A stretch of DNA of 37,799 bases, taken from assembly GCA_011109175.1 (NCBI GenBank), contig RDEW01000007.1, positions 1,016,980 through 1,054,778 of the forward strand, in the 5' to 3' direction. Below, piece after piece: positions 10,060 to 22,260 of the stretch. This DNA comes from Dicyema japonicum. Its lineage: Eukaryota > Animalia > Dicyemida. The notes beneath the pieces are model-generated. The model saw only the letters and a program-made list of their open reading frames with translations, had not been told where the DNA came from and searched no databases. The translations under genes and the position numbers were made by a program. Each line of letters starts with the position of its first letter. Within the stretch, counting starts at the first letter, position 1.

Positions 10060-11167
10060 ATATATTTCATTGGATTTTAATCAACAAAAAAAATTAATGA
10101 TTTAAATTATTAAAAAAATCAAAAAAATTATTTAAAATTTTTTAATGTCAGGAAGAAAGCAGATGCCTTTTGGGTTCACTTCGATAAACGTATTATTCCT
10201 GGAAAGACCGGGAGTCGAGCCAGATGCCATAATTGAGGAAGGAGGTACAAGGTCTCGGATGAGGCAGCATCATTTATGTCGAACTAATATTGATATCCCT
10301 GAAAATCCGTCGAAACCTGAAAGTGATTTGATCAGCGAATTCCTCTCAAGGATGAGGGACCAGTCCTTAATCAATTTCATCGAAGAAAAATTTGATTGAT
10401 ATGCAACTCGCTGGATACATATATTCCAGTAACACTCCTTTTGCTAATGTAGAACATCCGAAATTTGTCAAATTCGTCCAAATGCTTCTTCCTGGGTATC
10501 GTTTCAAAATGATTCTACGACTATTAGTCATGCTGTAGAAATTAGGAAAGAACTTGAACGGACTTATATTGACTTTGAATGTACGACTATTTTAGAAAGT
10601 GAAAACTCGAGCAGATCAAGCATTAACACCTTTCCACTTACTTGCTAATCTAATGGACCCAACACGTTGTGGGTGATCTCTTTCACTGCTGAGATTGACC
10701 TCGCCTTGGAGTATTGTGCTGAATATGTTCTTCCGACTCTGATTATTTTCAGAGCAAAAGCTGTTCCATTCAAACTATACATGTTCGCTCCGAATTTATA
10801 GAGCAAAGTATCACCTATAGCTTGGTGGGAGTCGACTCTTACCAGTAACCTTCTGAAGTAATTTCACTCTGCAAAAAAATTCTTGGAGCAGTTGCTTCCA
10901 CAGGTGGAATAGAACGAATTTTTTTCAACTTTTGGATTCTTACATTCAAATGTATGAAATAGGCTGGGATTTGAAAAAGCTGCCAAACTTGTCTTTGTTT
11001 ACAAGCTTTTAAATAAATACGATTTCCATTGTTTTTATTTTACTTTGTTTCCGAATAAAATTATTTAATTCAAAAAATCTGATTTAAATCAAAAAATCCT
11101 GTTTAAATCAAAAAAATCAGACTTTTTCGATTTTTTTCATAAAAATCATGATTTTTTAACAACCCTG
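10060..11167 (+). mobile_element. Internally deleted hAT transposon (DUF659-like transposase plus hAT dimerisation domain)
   Basis: MSGRKQ start; QLAGYIYSSNTPFANVEHPKFVKFVQMLLPGYR; IAWWES; ERIFSTFGFLHSNV*NRLGFEKAAKLVFVY; subterminal gatttaaatcaaaaaatc repeats; right TIR CAGGGTTG (11160-11167 reverse). Left TIR and TSD not found. Confidence 0.85.
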
Positions 11168-11754
11168 ATACCCTCTCAGTTTGCCCAGTTCCTGATAGAA
11201 TGAAAAAGATGATTTGCTATCTCCTATTCCACTGAAGAGGTTCTTACAACTGCAAAAATGATGTTTTCTTTAAGCTGGGATAATATCAGGCTTAGTATGC
11301 AGTCTACCATTATTATGCCAACCTTATCCTATGCAGCGTATGACTGATGATTCTCAAGTTCTTTCAATTTTAAACCTGACGATATTCTAACTCGAATACT
11401 AAAATAATATTAAAGTGACCGTGTATAGAGTTCACAGGAAGAATGAGCCAATTTGCTGTGCTGTGAGCGCTTGGGTGCGGTATTTCAGTGAAAAAAGCGA
11501 AAAGTGCAGGGAATCTTGAGGAAAGTCAGGAGATATGCAATTCTGATGGAACATTAAGCTATTTAAGGAGATAATCGAGAAGATCTTGGGACGATTTAAT
11601 TTCGATAATTAATTTATGATCTCATGCAGGAAGAAGAGGACGTTCCGAAACACTGTCACTAGATGGCGAAAAAAACGTTCTCTCCCTAACGTTCTTTGCC
11701 ATGAAATTATTTTTTTCATTCGAATTAATTTGTAAAAAAATATTTTAACAGATT

Positions 11755-11940
11755 TTTTTCGGAGTTACCCCTTATGATCGTGAGTCCAAAGTTCTGAAAG
11801 AGCCATCGTGTCATTCTGGGATCTCCCTTCCTCAGTTCTGAATGCCGTGACATTAAGACCACACGTCTTCTCAACCGAAAAAAGATAGAAGAAAAGTTTG
11901 TCACTCAAAGCCCGATTCTCTTCTCTCTGAACTCCCAGAA
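11755..11940 (-). mobile_element. Old CRE endonuclease C-terminal fragment
   Basis: ALSDKLFFYLFSVEKTCG, then after a frameshift KGDPRMTRWLFQNFGLTIIRGNS. Confidence 0.65.
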
Positions 11941-12480
11941 TAGCATTTTTACAATATTTTATAAAATTGAATTTTGGACTTCTTTTAAGTAGGTGACGGA
12001 GTATCACCAGAAAAGATTAAGGACATGTCGACATTGAGATCCTCAACGAGACAAAGATGAAGGAAACAAATGTCGCAGAGTTTAACAGGTATACTGGTTG
12101 TTTATCTACATTGGGGTTTGAGAACAGAATCTATCGGAGAACGAGTCCAGCAGCCGTCGTCCATGGTACCTCATCAACCCCCTAGTTATTCCCCCACCGT
12201 CGGAGGAATAAATATCAAGCAGTTGTGGTTGTTATGTGGGACTATATTCATTCTGTTTATGCATCCAAATTGTCTTTTTTTAAAAATCTTAACTCACAGC
12301 ATTTATAATTAGGTTGCATGTCAATCAATCAAGGTTAGTGTCCCTGCTAGAAGTGGTTAGCGAGCTTGGAAAACAGATCAAGACTCCTCAACGAGGGATA
12401 AAGAAAGTTTCGTATAGCTGGCGAGCGAGACGTGGTATAGGGTTCGCAAGAGAATAAACTGTGAGATCTGACTTACAAAA

Positions 12481-12820
12481 TTAATTGAAGAATTTCTTGC
12501 TAAAAGGGAAGAACTCATCTTCACATGTTTTGTATCCTCCAAATGGTAGGTGATCCGGCCGAAATTGCAGAGATTTTCTTAGCATTATCCTTTGGAAACT
12601 TTGGCAGTGACGAATTTTAGGGGTCATATTTTTCAGTTTAGCAAAAAACTGTTCGAATTTGGGATTGACATGGGATGAACATACTTTTAATGTCTCATCA
12701 ATTTGGAAGGCTTGAGGGAGTCCATTTCCACTACAGCATTGCATGCATTGAGCTTCGTCGCAACCATTATTCACGGAAGAGGGATTTTTTGTAAATCAAA
12801 ATTTGACAAAAATCTGATCA
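12481..12820 (-). CDS. Possible terminal exon of an unknown Cys-containing host protein
   Basis: 97-aa ORF NNGCDEAQCMQCCSG...KKFFN* with no TE motif. Links to an upstream tttgatcag acceptor only if one A is added to an A6 run near 12785-12790. Confidence 0.3.
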
Positions 12821-12854
12821 AACATTTTTTTAGAATCCTCAAGAACACACTAGA

Positions 12855-12990
12855 TTTTTTATTTTAACATCCCAACCAGGTAAAAACCAAACTAACTATC
12901 ACTGGATCCCAATGTGTTCCATCAAAGTCCTCATGTTCCTCTCTCTCGTCGATTGCACAGAACACATGACGTCTTCGCTTCTCAAAGTCT
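12855..12990 (-). mobile_element. I/Jockey-group LINE extreme 3' end
   Basis: RERNMRTLMEHIGIQ* plus tagttagtttggtttttacc...ttaaaataaaaa; same family as 8075-8630. Confidence 0.7.
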
Positions 12991-13055
12991 AGCCGCAGAT
13001 TTAAATCAAATTTTTATAAAAATAATTTTATTGATTTTTAAATTGAAAATTTAAG

Positions 13056-13445
13056 GTGAACGCTGGTCTAGGGAAAGAAACCACCGTCCTGAATTCTGTC
13101 TACAAACAGTACGTCGAACCATGCATCTCCTATGCTTCTGCTTCCTGTACCCCATTTATCTCTCGGACAAATTCCTTGAAGATCGAAGCTTGCAAAAATG
13201 GGCATTTAAAGTTACTGAGCGGTGGACTTCCGGAAATGTCACCTCTCCAATGCCTCTGGAATTCCTAATCCGCATGAACAGAGGAGCGTGTCCATGCGAC
13301 TACGAGCATCAAGTAATACAGGCGATACGTTCTTGTGTGAACTCGAAAGAGGAGCATCGGGCCAGATGAGGTCTCTTTTGGAGCGTACAGGGATCAAATG
13401 AGTAGTTAGTTCGGTGTCTTTGGAATTTCTCATTTAAGAATAAAC
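13056..13445 (+). mobile_element. I/Jockey-group LINE 3' fragment
   Basis: TVLNSVYKQYVEPCISYASASCTPFISRTNSLKIEA...MRSLLERTGIK*. Confidence 0.75.
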
Positions 13446-14319
13446 GACGATTCATTACTATTTTGGTTAAGGAATCAAAGTTTCAATGATCAGGATACCG
13501 GTCTCTAGTCTAAAGGTTCAGTTTCTGACTTAACTCACTGCAATATGTCTCTATCACGTCATTAAAAATTTAATCACGCATTCCCATTTTTTAATTGACT
13601 GAATGACATCTCATGAAGTTTAGGGAACTAAAGAAAAGTAGGATAAGCGATGATCTCTGGTTTGAATCCCACCTTAAAGCCTTAACACTGTGAATAGAGA
13701 GTGTGGTAGATGGACTCGGAGTAGTCGTCTAAGACATAGTGGGATGACTATTAGAATAGATTAGTGTAACCTTCGGGAATTTACTTGTTCTTATCAGGTA
13801 TATGGTACTTTTGCATGTTTCCCCAATTTTGGCCTGATAGGACTTGAATCCGCAGTCATGTTAGATTCTTTAAAATAAGTAATGGTTTGTTGAAAATTGC
13901 CTAGAATAATAATACTGGTGGTTTCGATCCAATTCGAGACGATAAGGGCGGGGGGAGAAGAGATAGGATGAGTTGGTAGTAAAAGAGAAGGAACATTATA
14001 AAATGTTTAATTGTGTGTATCCGTGTGTCTGATTTATGCGATCGATTTTTAAACGAAATTTTGATTTGAATTTTGTATCAATTCGACTGGGATCACATTT
14101 TCCATCGTCGGTACCATAATAACCCTCCATTAAGGGGATTTAAACATCGGATGACTTGAAAAATTTTATTAGCGCGAACAGAAGAATTAGCAAATATCTG
14201 AAAATAGGAAGAAACTCAATGTTGCTATAATCTGAAAGCCCACGTGTTAGTTCTCTGGTCTCCGCGTGTCTAGTTATATTGGTTAAGAAAACAATAATAT
14301 GACTCACTTGACATAAAGG

Positions 14320-14840
14320 TTAAAGTTAGAGGATTCAGCCCACATTCACACAAAATATAAATTATTCCTAAAGGAAAATTTGTTCACACGCGAGAACACA
14401 CTTGATAATTCTCAACATAAAAGTAAATTCTGGTTGAAAACATGGTGAATTGATATGCATGTTTATCCCTTAAAATAATAAAAATAAAAAAATTCATTTG
14501 TGCATGCATTTTTTCGAAAATTCCCTTGATTTTAATATAAATTTCGAGAAATTTAAAATAATTGATGATTTTATTTTTATTATCAGTTTATCACTTAGCC
14601 GATGCAAGTTTGACTTTGAATGACCGAAATTTGGCACGAAAAAAATCCTTGCTGGAGATTTTCAAAAATAGAACAAGAGAAAGGAATAATCCAGAGATAA
14701 TCGGTAGAATGTGTAACATTGATAGAGTCATGGATTATAACTCGTTTTTAGATATGATGGATTTGTCAGAGACAACTGATGGTCACATCATTGATATGCA
14801 ACCCCCAAAAACCGACTTTAATCACTATTACCGTTTATAA
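14320..14840 (+). CDS. Last two exons (about 14320-14422 and 14587-14840) of an unknown host gene
   Basis: Open frame DSAHIHTKYKLFLKENLFTRENTLDNSQHK ends at donor GTAAAT (14423, phase 1). Acceptor ttttattatcAG (14586, phase 1) continues in frame to ...FNHYYRL*. AATAAA at 14864. Confidence 0.55.
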
Positions 14841-14909
14841 CCACATGATTTTGTCTTGTTTCGAATAAATATATTTTAATTCACACTCGGGTACACTGAG
14901 GAAGTTGAT

Positions 14910-15236
14910 AATAATATAATAATTAAGCACTACCGCGTTGCCATAAGCACGTAAGATGCCTAGGGTTTCGCTCGTGCAGAACACACATTTTATTTAAGTA
15001 AAGAACAGTTATTATAACTAATCGTAGAGGGAGAACTAGGAAATGCTCTTCACTTCTTTGTTTTTTTTCTTGTGTGTATGTCCTTTTGACTATCCAGTTC
15101 CGCAGTGAACCTCCACTGATGGTAGATGCAAAAGTGGCTTAGATTACGTGTTCGATTCTCGCTGCTGTTCATCTGGTGGAATGTTCCACGCATCTACGAT
15201 GCGAAAAAGGCTTGACGAGTGACGCCGTCATCAGTG
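14910..15236 (-). mobile_element. SINE family A insertion with inverted 5' part (twin-priming structure)
   Basis: 12-bp TSD gaggaagttgat (14898-14909 / 15237-15248). 14910-15121 is the reversed 3' half with (TTA)n tail; 15131-15236 is the 5' half in the opposite orientation. Confidence 0.85.
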
Positions 15237-15558
15237 GAGGAAGTTGATGGTCAACAAATAATATATGATCGCAGAAGCAAAGCCTTCCAATACCACACAA
15301 GTCCATCCAGAAAAAGACGTCCAGTCCATGCAGTTTTGGAAAATCCTTTAGTGGAGTGGGGTATCGAATGACTGGTGCCATCTTGCGACTGGGAGTTAGC
15401 TGAGACAGGTGTTCAAACGACGCTAATTATTAAAAAAAAGAAAAAAAATAAATATATGAAAGGAAGAGAAATTTTGACCAAATAACAAGCGGGGGGATTC
15501 AGACCCAGGAACAGTGTTACAAATATCACATTTAGCAGCTATGCTACATAGTCTAGGG

Positions 15559-17405
15559 CAGTGGTTCTCAACGAGGGCGATTTTTTTGCCAGGGGGCGAT
15601 TTTATTTATTTATTTAATAAGGGGCGATTATTCTCGAGGAGCTCATTGTCATTATTATCAATAGCACTTTCGAAGAACCAAAAAGGTAATTTATTTAATT
15701 AAGGTTCCGCTTGTGCCGTATTTTTCTTCAGGTTATTCTTTCTCCCACAATTCTCTTAACTAACTTCCTCCATGCTCCACGGTAACTGGCAATTATTCTG
15801 AGCGTATTCAAATCGTCTCCTGTTTTCAATTTTCGTCTTACATTGGTCAGGTCCTTGTGTAGAACCTCTGGCAAAGTTATGCGAGGTCTCCACGGAACGA
15901 GGGATTCACTTTTGGGCATAAATAATTCTCCATTGCTATTTTAGCAGGCGTCATCTGGCTCATCCGAAGGATGTGACCAAATAGACGCCATCTTGATTCA
16001 AGGATATCCAGACTCAATGGTCTTGCATTACATATTTTGTATAGATTCTTGTTTGTAATTTTTTTCCCAGTTGATGCCAAGCAACAGTCGGAGTTGTATA
16101 CGATAGAAGGCATCTAGTTTGTCTATTACTGCTTGTGAGACTCCCCAGGTTGCAGCGTTGTACATTAGGACCGGTTTCACGAAGGCATTGTATAGTCTTA
16201 CACGTAGTTGTGTGCTAATTTGTTTACGATGATTCAGACTACTCCCTTTTTTCTAAAGGCCGCGACGGCCAATATTTTCCTGTTAGTGATATCCTCAGCG
16301 TCTCCGAGCAACGACCCCAATTTTTTACAGTGTCTCCATTTTTCATCAGTTAGGGTTAATTCACGGCGTATGGTTGTTGTCTCCTTTTCCGTATTGACTT
16401 TGATGAACCATTTTTCTAACACATCTGGCATCCTTCTCCGTATATAGTTTAATGTTTTATCGTCGCTGGATATATAGTCGATATCATCTGCATAAATCAC
16501 TTCAGTTTGAGGTAAGTCGCCAATTAATAGTCTGAAGTCTCTGAGTGCCGCCTCCAGATATGTCACAAAAAGTACCGGTGACTAGGAATCTCCCTGCGGT
16601 ATCGTCATTTGAAAAATTAAATACGGATAAATAAACGAGTCTTATATTATTTATATTATATTAAAACTATAACATTTATATTATTTTTTTATTTAATTTA
16701 ATTAACGTTATTTCATAACTTCGTGATGATGCTTGTTAAAAAAAAGTTAAAACCTATAAAGAGGAATATATTTCTTGTGGATTTATTAAAAATCCTCAGT
16801 ATCCTCATAAACCGCTTTGTTTGCAATGTGGACAGTGTTTTCCAATGATGCAATGAAACCATCGCGTTTAATCGATCATTTAAAGCGTAAACATCCCAAC
16901 TCAATTGGGAAAAAAAACAGAAATTTTTTTGAATTAAAAAAATTATGAAAATAAAAACACTTTAACTTCTTTTTTAATAAAAGTATATTTCAAAATGTTT
17001 CTGGACTATTTTATTCATTCAAAGTTGCAAAGATAATTTCAAAAACTGGTTATTTATTTTAATTTGTAGGCCATTCGATAGCAGTTATTCGCCCGTCTTT
17101 AGATTCATTTACTCACGAAATTTTACAAAAAGATTCTTTAAACGTACTGGATTTTTATTTGAATTGGATTTTTAAAAATTTGAATAAAGTTTCATCGGCA
17201 TTACAAGGGGATTAATTTAATTGATTGGAAAATAATTATTAATACGTTCATTGAAAAAGTTGAATTTTATCAATTTAGCTTGATTAAAAAAATTTTAGAC
17301 CTCTAGATTTTACCCCCTTCTGTACGTGGTAATAACCTTTTGACTTGTGAAATAAGGGACGATAAAAAATTGCAGGGGCGATTAAAAAAAGGTTGAGAAC
17401 AAATG
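15559..17405 (+). mobile_element. Buster/Charlie-type hAT, internally deleted, with nested LINE
   Basis: 8-bp TSD gtctaggg (15551-15558 / 17406-17413), TIRs CAGTGGTTCTCAACG / CATTTGTTCTCAACC, BED-finger remnant VFSNDAMKPSRLIDHLKRKHP and FKVAKIISKTG. Confidence 0.9.
15690..16610 (-). mobile_element. RTE/Proto2-like LINE, RT-to-3' fragment, nested in the hAT
   Basis: PQGD...TYLEAAL, IYADD, KKLGSLLGD, SRWRLFGHILR, RPRITLP; 3' end ggcacaagcg shared with 23851-26610. Confidence 0.9.
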
Positions 17406-17443
17406 GTCTAGGGTTTCATAGAATTTATTTTAATTACACAGCT

Positions 17444-18003
17444 CGATGCCAAAGGGCTGCACCCGCTCTCGTGCAAAAGGAGCGCGGGCAGAGCACCCCG
17501 CCATGCTGCTATGAACAACATTGTCTTGCGAGCTCTTGAACCGGCAGGCTTCTCGGCAGTACTGGAGCCTGTGGGATTGGACTGCGGAGATGGGAAAAGA
17601 TCGGATGGGTTAACTATCTTACCGTTCGCTCGTATGGGATTGCACTGTTGTGGACTTTCTCGAACTCGATGATGCTCAGCTCGGCGCAGTCTGCTGGATC
17701 GGCAGCCGATCTGGCCGAGAAAATCAAGATTAACAAATATGGCGAAATTGGAGACCGCTACCGTTTTGTACCGGTAGCAATCGAGACGTCTGGTGCGGCT
17801 GGAAGTATTACAGCCTCTTTCCTAAAGGAAATCGGGGAAATTGGCCCACCGCAAGAAAAACGTGCGGGAAGCTGTCTGGCTGAGGCAAAGAATTGGTATC
17901 GCAGTTGTTCGCGGAAACGCTTACTCCGTGATGTCAGCAGCCTCTCTCCCCCATAGTTAATAAATAATAATTTATTGTTAATAAATTTTTGATAATAAAA
18001 AAA
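17444..18003 (+). mobile_element. 5'-truncated CRE copy, close relative of the full-length element
   Basis: High nucleotide identity to 7272-7849 with small deletions; poly(A); 12-bp TSD aattacacagct (17432-17443 / 18004-18015). Confidence 0.95.
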
Positions 18004-18399
18004 AATTACACAGCTTAACTGATTATTTAGAAAGAAATTTAAGATTTATTCATTACTGAATTATTACGACTTAATTTTATTTAAGTTTTTAATCTTGAGT
18101 CGTCAATATGAAGGAATAGCTACGGAATCTTCTGGTTCTGCCGAGAACGAGGAAATCCAATATGTTAATTCATGTCACGATCTGATAATGGGAGATCATT
18201 CATCAGATAACAGCCACCAGCGACTTCCTCTGTTTCTTGTGGTTAAAACTAGCTAATGTTATTTTAATGTAAGTCACGGTAACTGCTGTATGACTTTCGG
18301 TTTCTTTTAAATTAATTTAATAATAATTTTGGAAATTAATTAATAAATATAAAATTAATGATAACTCTTCTGAGTAAACGAAACAATTTAATTATTTCC

Positions 18400-18720
18400 A
18401 AGAAATCATTGAGCCATCTGTCAGCTATGCCTGTGCGTCTTGGGGAATTAATCTGTCCCGGACGAACTAACAGAAAATCATCGATATTCAGTCCTTGACA
18501 GCTACTATTAGTAATAATGGAAAATTAGAAAAACTACTCCCTTAATCACTTAAAGACCTTATACGACATAATGGGAAGGAAACTGTTTCCTGTGACGTGT
18601 CTTACGAGAAGGGTATACATCACCTTTTTCGAATTTATATTCCCAAAATCATTGGATCCCAGAAGGTACACTAAGAGAAGATGAGTAATCTGTTCGAGGC
18701 TGTCGAGGTCACTTAATCAA
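18400..18720 (+). mobile_element. Decayed I/Jockey-group LINE 3' fragment
   Basis: IIEPSVSYACASWGINLSRTN matches 8290-8360 and 13110-13170. Confidence 0.6.
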
Positions 18721-18739
18721 TTTATATAATTAAAAAGTT

Positions 18740-19200
18740 AATTTATATGACAAAAGCTCCATAATGGCATTCAGGCAATGAGCGAGCGATGGTAGTTAAC
18801 CCTCATGATCTCGAACTAAATGTTCCGTAAGAGTCATTTTACTTTGATAGTACTTATTATTTTTGAAAAGTCAGCCAGTTAGTATGTTAATAGACTGCAT
18901 CATTATTAAAGGAATTTCTGGAAAATTTATGCACAAAAAATATTAAATTTTTATTTATTTCAAAAAACAGAAAAATAAAAACCTAAAGAGCATACATTTA
19001 TGAACGATTTGCTAGGTGATTCTCAACAACAGCCTGAACTACTGAACTTTTAAGTCTTTCTGCAATGTGATACCCCATATTTGTTGCAGAAAAGTAGGCG
19101 CATAGACATCACCTCATTATGCCGCCACATTCGAAAGGCTATGTTTTTTGTAAATCAGACTTGAAAGATTGCCTATATCCTATTGGACAAAAAATCAAAA
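18740..19200 (-). mobile_element. Heavily decayed Tc1-type DDE transposase fragment
   Basis: Collinear weak motifs GGIM, IAERLKSSVVQAVVENHL, a DNA..HT-like stretch and LPSLAHCLNAIMELL (like WPxQSPDLNPIENLW). Confidence 0.4.
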
Positions 19201-19519
19201 ATAAAAAGGGAGACAGCCATTGATATGGTAATTTTTAGGAAAGCAAAGTCAAGTTCTTCTTGGCTACATATTTTACTGATTAATCAGACAGCTTCTAACA
19301 CTATCAACCCTTTTCAGGAATCCTCTTATTTGGGTTGTTAGTTATTTTTGGTACCGTATTTAAGCCCCTCTGTATTATTAAAATTATTGCAAGTTACATA
19401 ATAGTCAAGTCAAAAGTCCACAAGAAAAGGTTATTATAGTAATTTTTAAGACTTAAAAACTATGGAGCACTCTCAATCAGAAGCAGAAAGGGCAGCTGGG
19501 ATGGGATTTAACCTTTTTA

Positions 19520-19850
19520 ATCGAAAACATAAAGTCAATCAAAAATGACAACATAATCAACGTTGCGTTGCCTTTCAAGATCTCAACAGATATCAACTGG
19601 GGAAACCGTCGAGTCTCACGTGAGTCGTGGCTTTTTAGTATAGCTAGGCGTCCCAGTTTCTTTAGGATCGAATCGATCACTCGCTTATTCCTCATGTTGT
19701 CTCAACTACGATGGGGCAGAACATGAACCGATCGTGCAACGCTTCGTATGTTTCTCCTTTGCTTTCATTTTTTTCCGCGGCATACAGTGTGTCTACCACA
19801 CTCCCGACAATGTTGGATGGGCAAAGGGGTCGACGCATGTGCTCTAAATT
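19520..19850 (-). mobile_element. Old CRE endonuclease fragment
   Basis: CVDPFA...YEALHDRFMFCPIVVETT...LKKLGRL...DSRETRRFPQLISVEILKGNA. Confidence 0.75.
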
Positions 19851-20153
19851 AGATCTCCATTATCGAAGAAGTGATTACCGATTGTTCGACATTCAAATTT
19901 TCAAATTGCTAATCTTCCAGCTATCGATCTCGTTGTTGAATTTCCATCATAACATATATGGAAGTGTTCTCTATCAAAAGTACTCCTCTTTTTGGCTATC
20001 GACGATCTAATACTGAATGAAGGTACTTTTTCAATTATTAATTCTTACAGTAAACACTATTATTTGTCTGAAGGTTTTTTTCAAATATTCAGCTTGCAAA
20101 TGTTCGCTCAGTATTAATAAACTCAAACTCAGTTCCCATCGTGACTAGAGCCC

Positions 20154-20181
20154 TGAAAATAAGCCCAAAGGCTTATTTTCA
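20154..20181. repeat. Perfect hairpin, 12-bp stem and 4-nt loop
   Basis: tgaaaataagcc-caaa-ggcttattttca. Confidence 0.8.
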
Positions 20182-20424
20182 AAAAACCCCCGTACGTTGT
20201 TGTGGTTGGTTATTATTTTATTCGTTCTATTTTTATGTTGTATTGGAAGATAATCAGTATGCTATATTGTATTATTAAAACAAAAACAATCCATTGATAA
20301 CTAACAATCAAAATAATTCAACTGCTTTTATTATTCACATCAATTAGTGTTAACCATCTCTACAAGTCCTTCCAGAGATCATTTAGTTACATTAATATTT
20401 CAGATTATAAGGTAATTCTGATTG

Positions 20425-20540
20425 TTGATCTCACAGACGAAATGTGCTGAGACGTCCCAGTATTTTAGAATAAGATTGATTTCTCGCATAAACCTCCGGT
20501 TGTCTCCATAATAATGGCAGATTCCAGTATGGACTCATTT
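20425..20540 (-). mobile_element. Old CRE endonuclease fragment
   Basis: ctgccattattatggagacaacc...ctgggacgtctcagc aligns with 19640-19715 (-). Confidence 0.6.
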
Positions 20541-21214
20541 AGTTGCTCTATGCTCTAACGTTAAGAATCTATAAGTACAATAATCTTTTAATAAAATGAA
20601 ATTAGACAAAAAAGTAGTCTTCGTTAAGTTCAGAAAATCTTATTAAGTTCACAAGATATCGGTCACGTGAGGGGGTATGCTATTAATGGCGTAATTGCAA
20701 GTCTAGTAATCATCAAACGGAAAGACTGCAATAATTAAAAAGTTAAACCTGGCAGAAATGATACTTGGATACGACACTATATACCTCAATTCTCGTGATC
20801 GTGTAAAATTTGTTTTTTATCAAACTATAGAAAAATACTAGTAAATGACTTGGGGACCATTCGACTGTTTTTTGAAGAACTAGATATACTTATAACTATA
20901 AACTAACCAAACAATTTACGTCATATCCACCTCTAGTTTATCCTTGAATGAAAGTGATATTTTGTTCATAGCCAAAGTGAATAGACACTCAAGAATAATG
21001 GTCATTTTTCTAAAATTCAAAATTTGAGTCATAATAGGTTATTTTTTCAGATGCATCTCATATTTTCGTTATAAAAATTACCGGCAGCCATAAATCAACG
21101 TGAAATATTATTTATTTTTTAAATTAATTATTTAAATCATATAATTTATATATTTTTTTATAATATATTTAAGTAATTGGACCTCTTTTCATTTTTACAA
21201 TCATTTTTCAATCA

Positions 21215-21544
21215 AGAGGGTGGCATAGTGGTTAGGTGTCGGGCTTAAGTGGCTTAGGCTACGTGTTCAAATCTCGCTGCTGTTCACCTGGTGGAAAATT
21301 CCACACATCTACGATGCTAAAAAGGCTTGACAAGTGACTCCGTCATCAGTGGGCTATAACTGCGGAACTAGATAGTCAAAAAAGGACCCACACACAAGAA
21401 AAACAAAATAGAAGTGAAGATCATTCCTTGGTTCAACGATTAGTTAAAATTAACTGTTCTTTACTTAAATAAAGTTTGTGTCCTGCCTATGCGGAGCTAT
21501 AAATACCACGGCTCTGTGAAAAAGGCCGTTATTATTATATTATT
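21215..21544 (+). mobile_element. Intact-orientation tRNA-derived SINE family A
   Basis: Pol III A box TGGCATAGTGG (21221-21231), B box GTTCAAATC (21265-21273), body shared with 450-657 and 14910-15236, (TTA)n tail. Confidence 0.85.
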
Positions 21545-21599
21545 TTAGTCAACATACGGATTTACTTGGTCTCTTGCACAAATGTCACATTTGACATCT

Positions 21600-22260
21600 A
21601 TCAGCCTATCTCTCTTGGCAACCTAAAAGTACGAGGACTCAATCCCATGTATAAAAAAACTTCAGCTCGGACAAAACCTGGAACAATATGTTTCCTACAG
21701 GAGATTAAGATAGCAGACAACAGAACATAGAAAGTTGAAAATTACTTTCTGATTACCCTCCCAACAACCTACTGTCACTATGGACTTGGATATGCAATCC
21801 ATCTTACAATGTACAATCGTATATTCCGGGTGTGCTCCTTCTCGTATAGAATTGCTGTGCCACAAATTAAATAAGGAACCAAAACCAATCCCGTGGAGAC
21901 AATCATCAACTTATACGCGTCGATTGGAATCCGAGCCTCTGCAAACCCAGAAGAACTCGATAAATTTTACTCTATTCTCACAAGAGTATATAACTCACTC
22001 AGTTCATCATACTTATGATGCCGCAAACTGGAACACTAAAGTAGGCTGACCGAGAGAAACATCTATTGCTCTGATTCAATCCTGGAACTGCTCTGATTCA
22101 ATTCTGCAATTTCCCATAACTATTTTTATTAACACGGTATTTCGCATCCAGATAGACACAAAACAACATGAGTTGGAATCTGTTAGGATTCAAATAGAAA
22201 CAGTAAGCAAATATTCAACCAAATCGGTTACATTTTATGCACACGTGCTCAAAAACATTA
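21600..22260 (+). mobile_element. RTE/Proto2-like LINE APE fragment
   Basis: VRGLN...FLQEIK; IINLYA...NPEELDKFYSIL; NWNTKVG, parallel to 26121-26453 (-). Confidence 0.7.

Noticed and set aside
14562-14610. Signal peptide MMILFLLSVYHLADA making a small secreted protein
   Set aside because: The hydrophobic start is the translation of a polypyrimidine tract ending in a phase-matched AG acceptor at 14586; a spliced last exon explains it better.
15490-15552. tRNA gene on the minus strand (A-box-like tagcatagc, B-box-like gggtctgaatccc)
   Set aside because: No acceptor-stem pairing and a poor anticodon arm; at most a decayed SINE head. The other tRNA-like heads are SINEs too.
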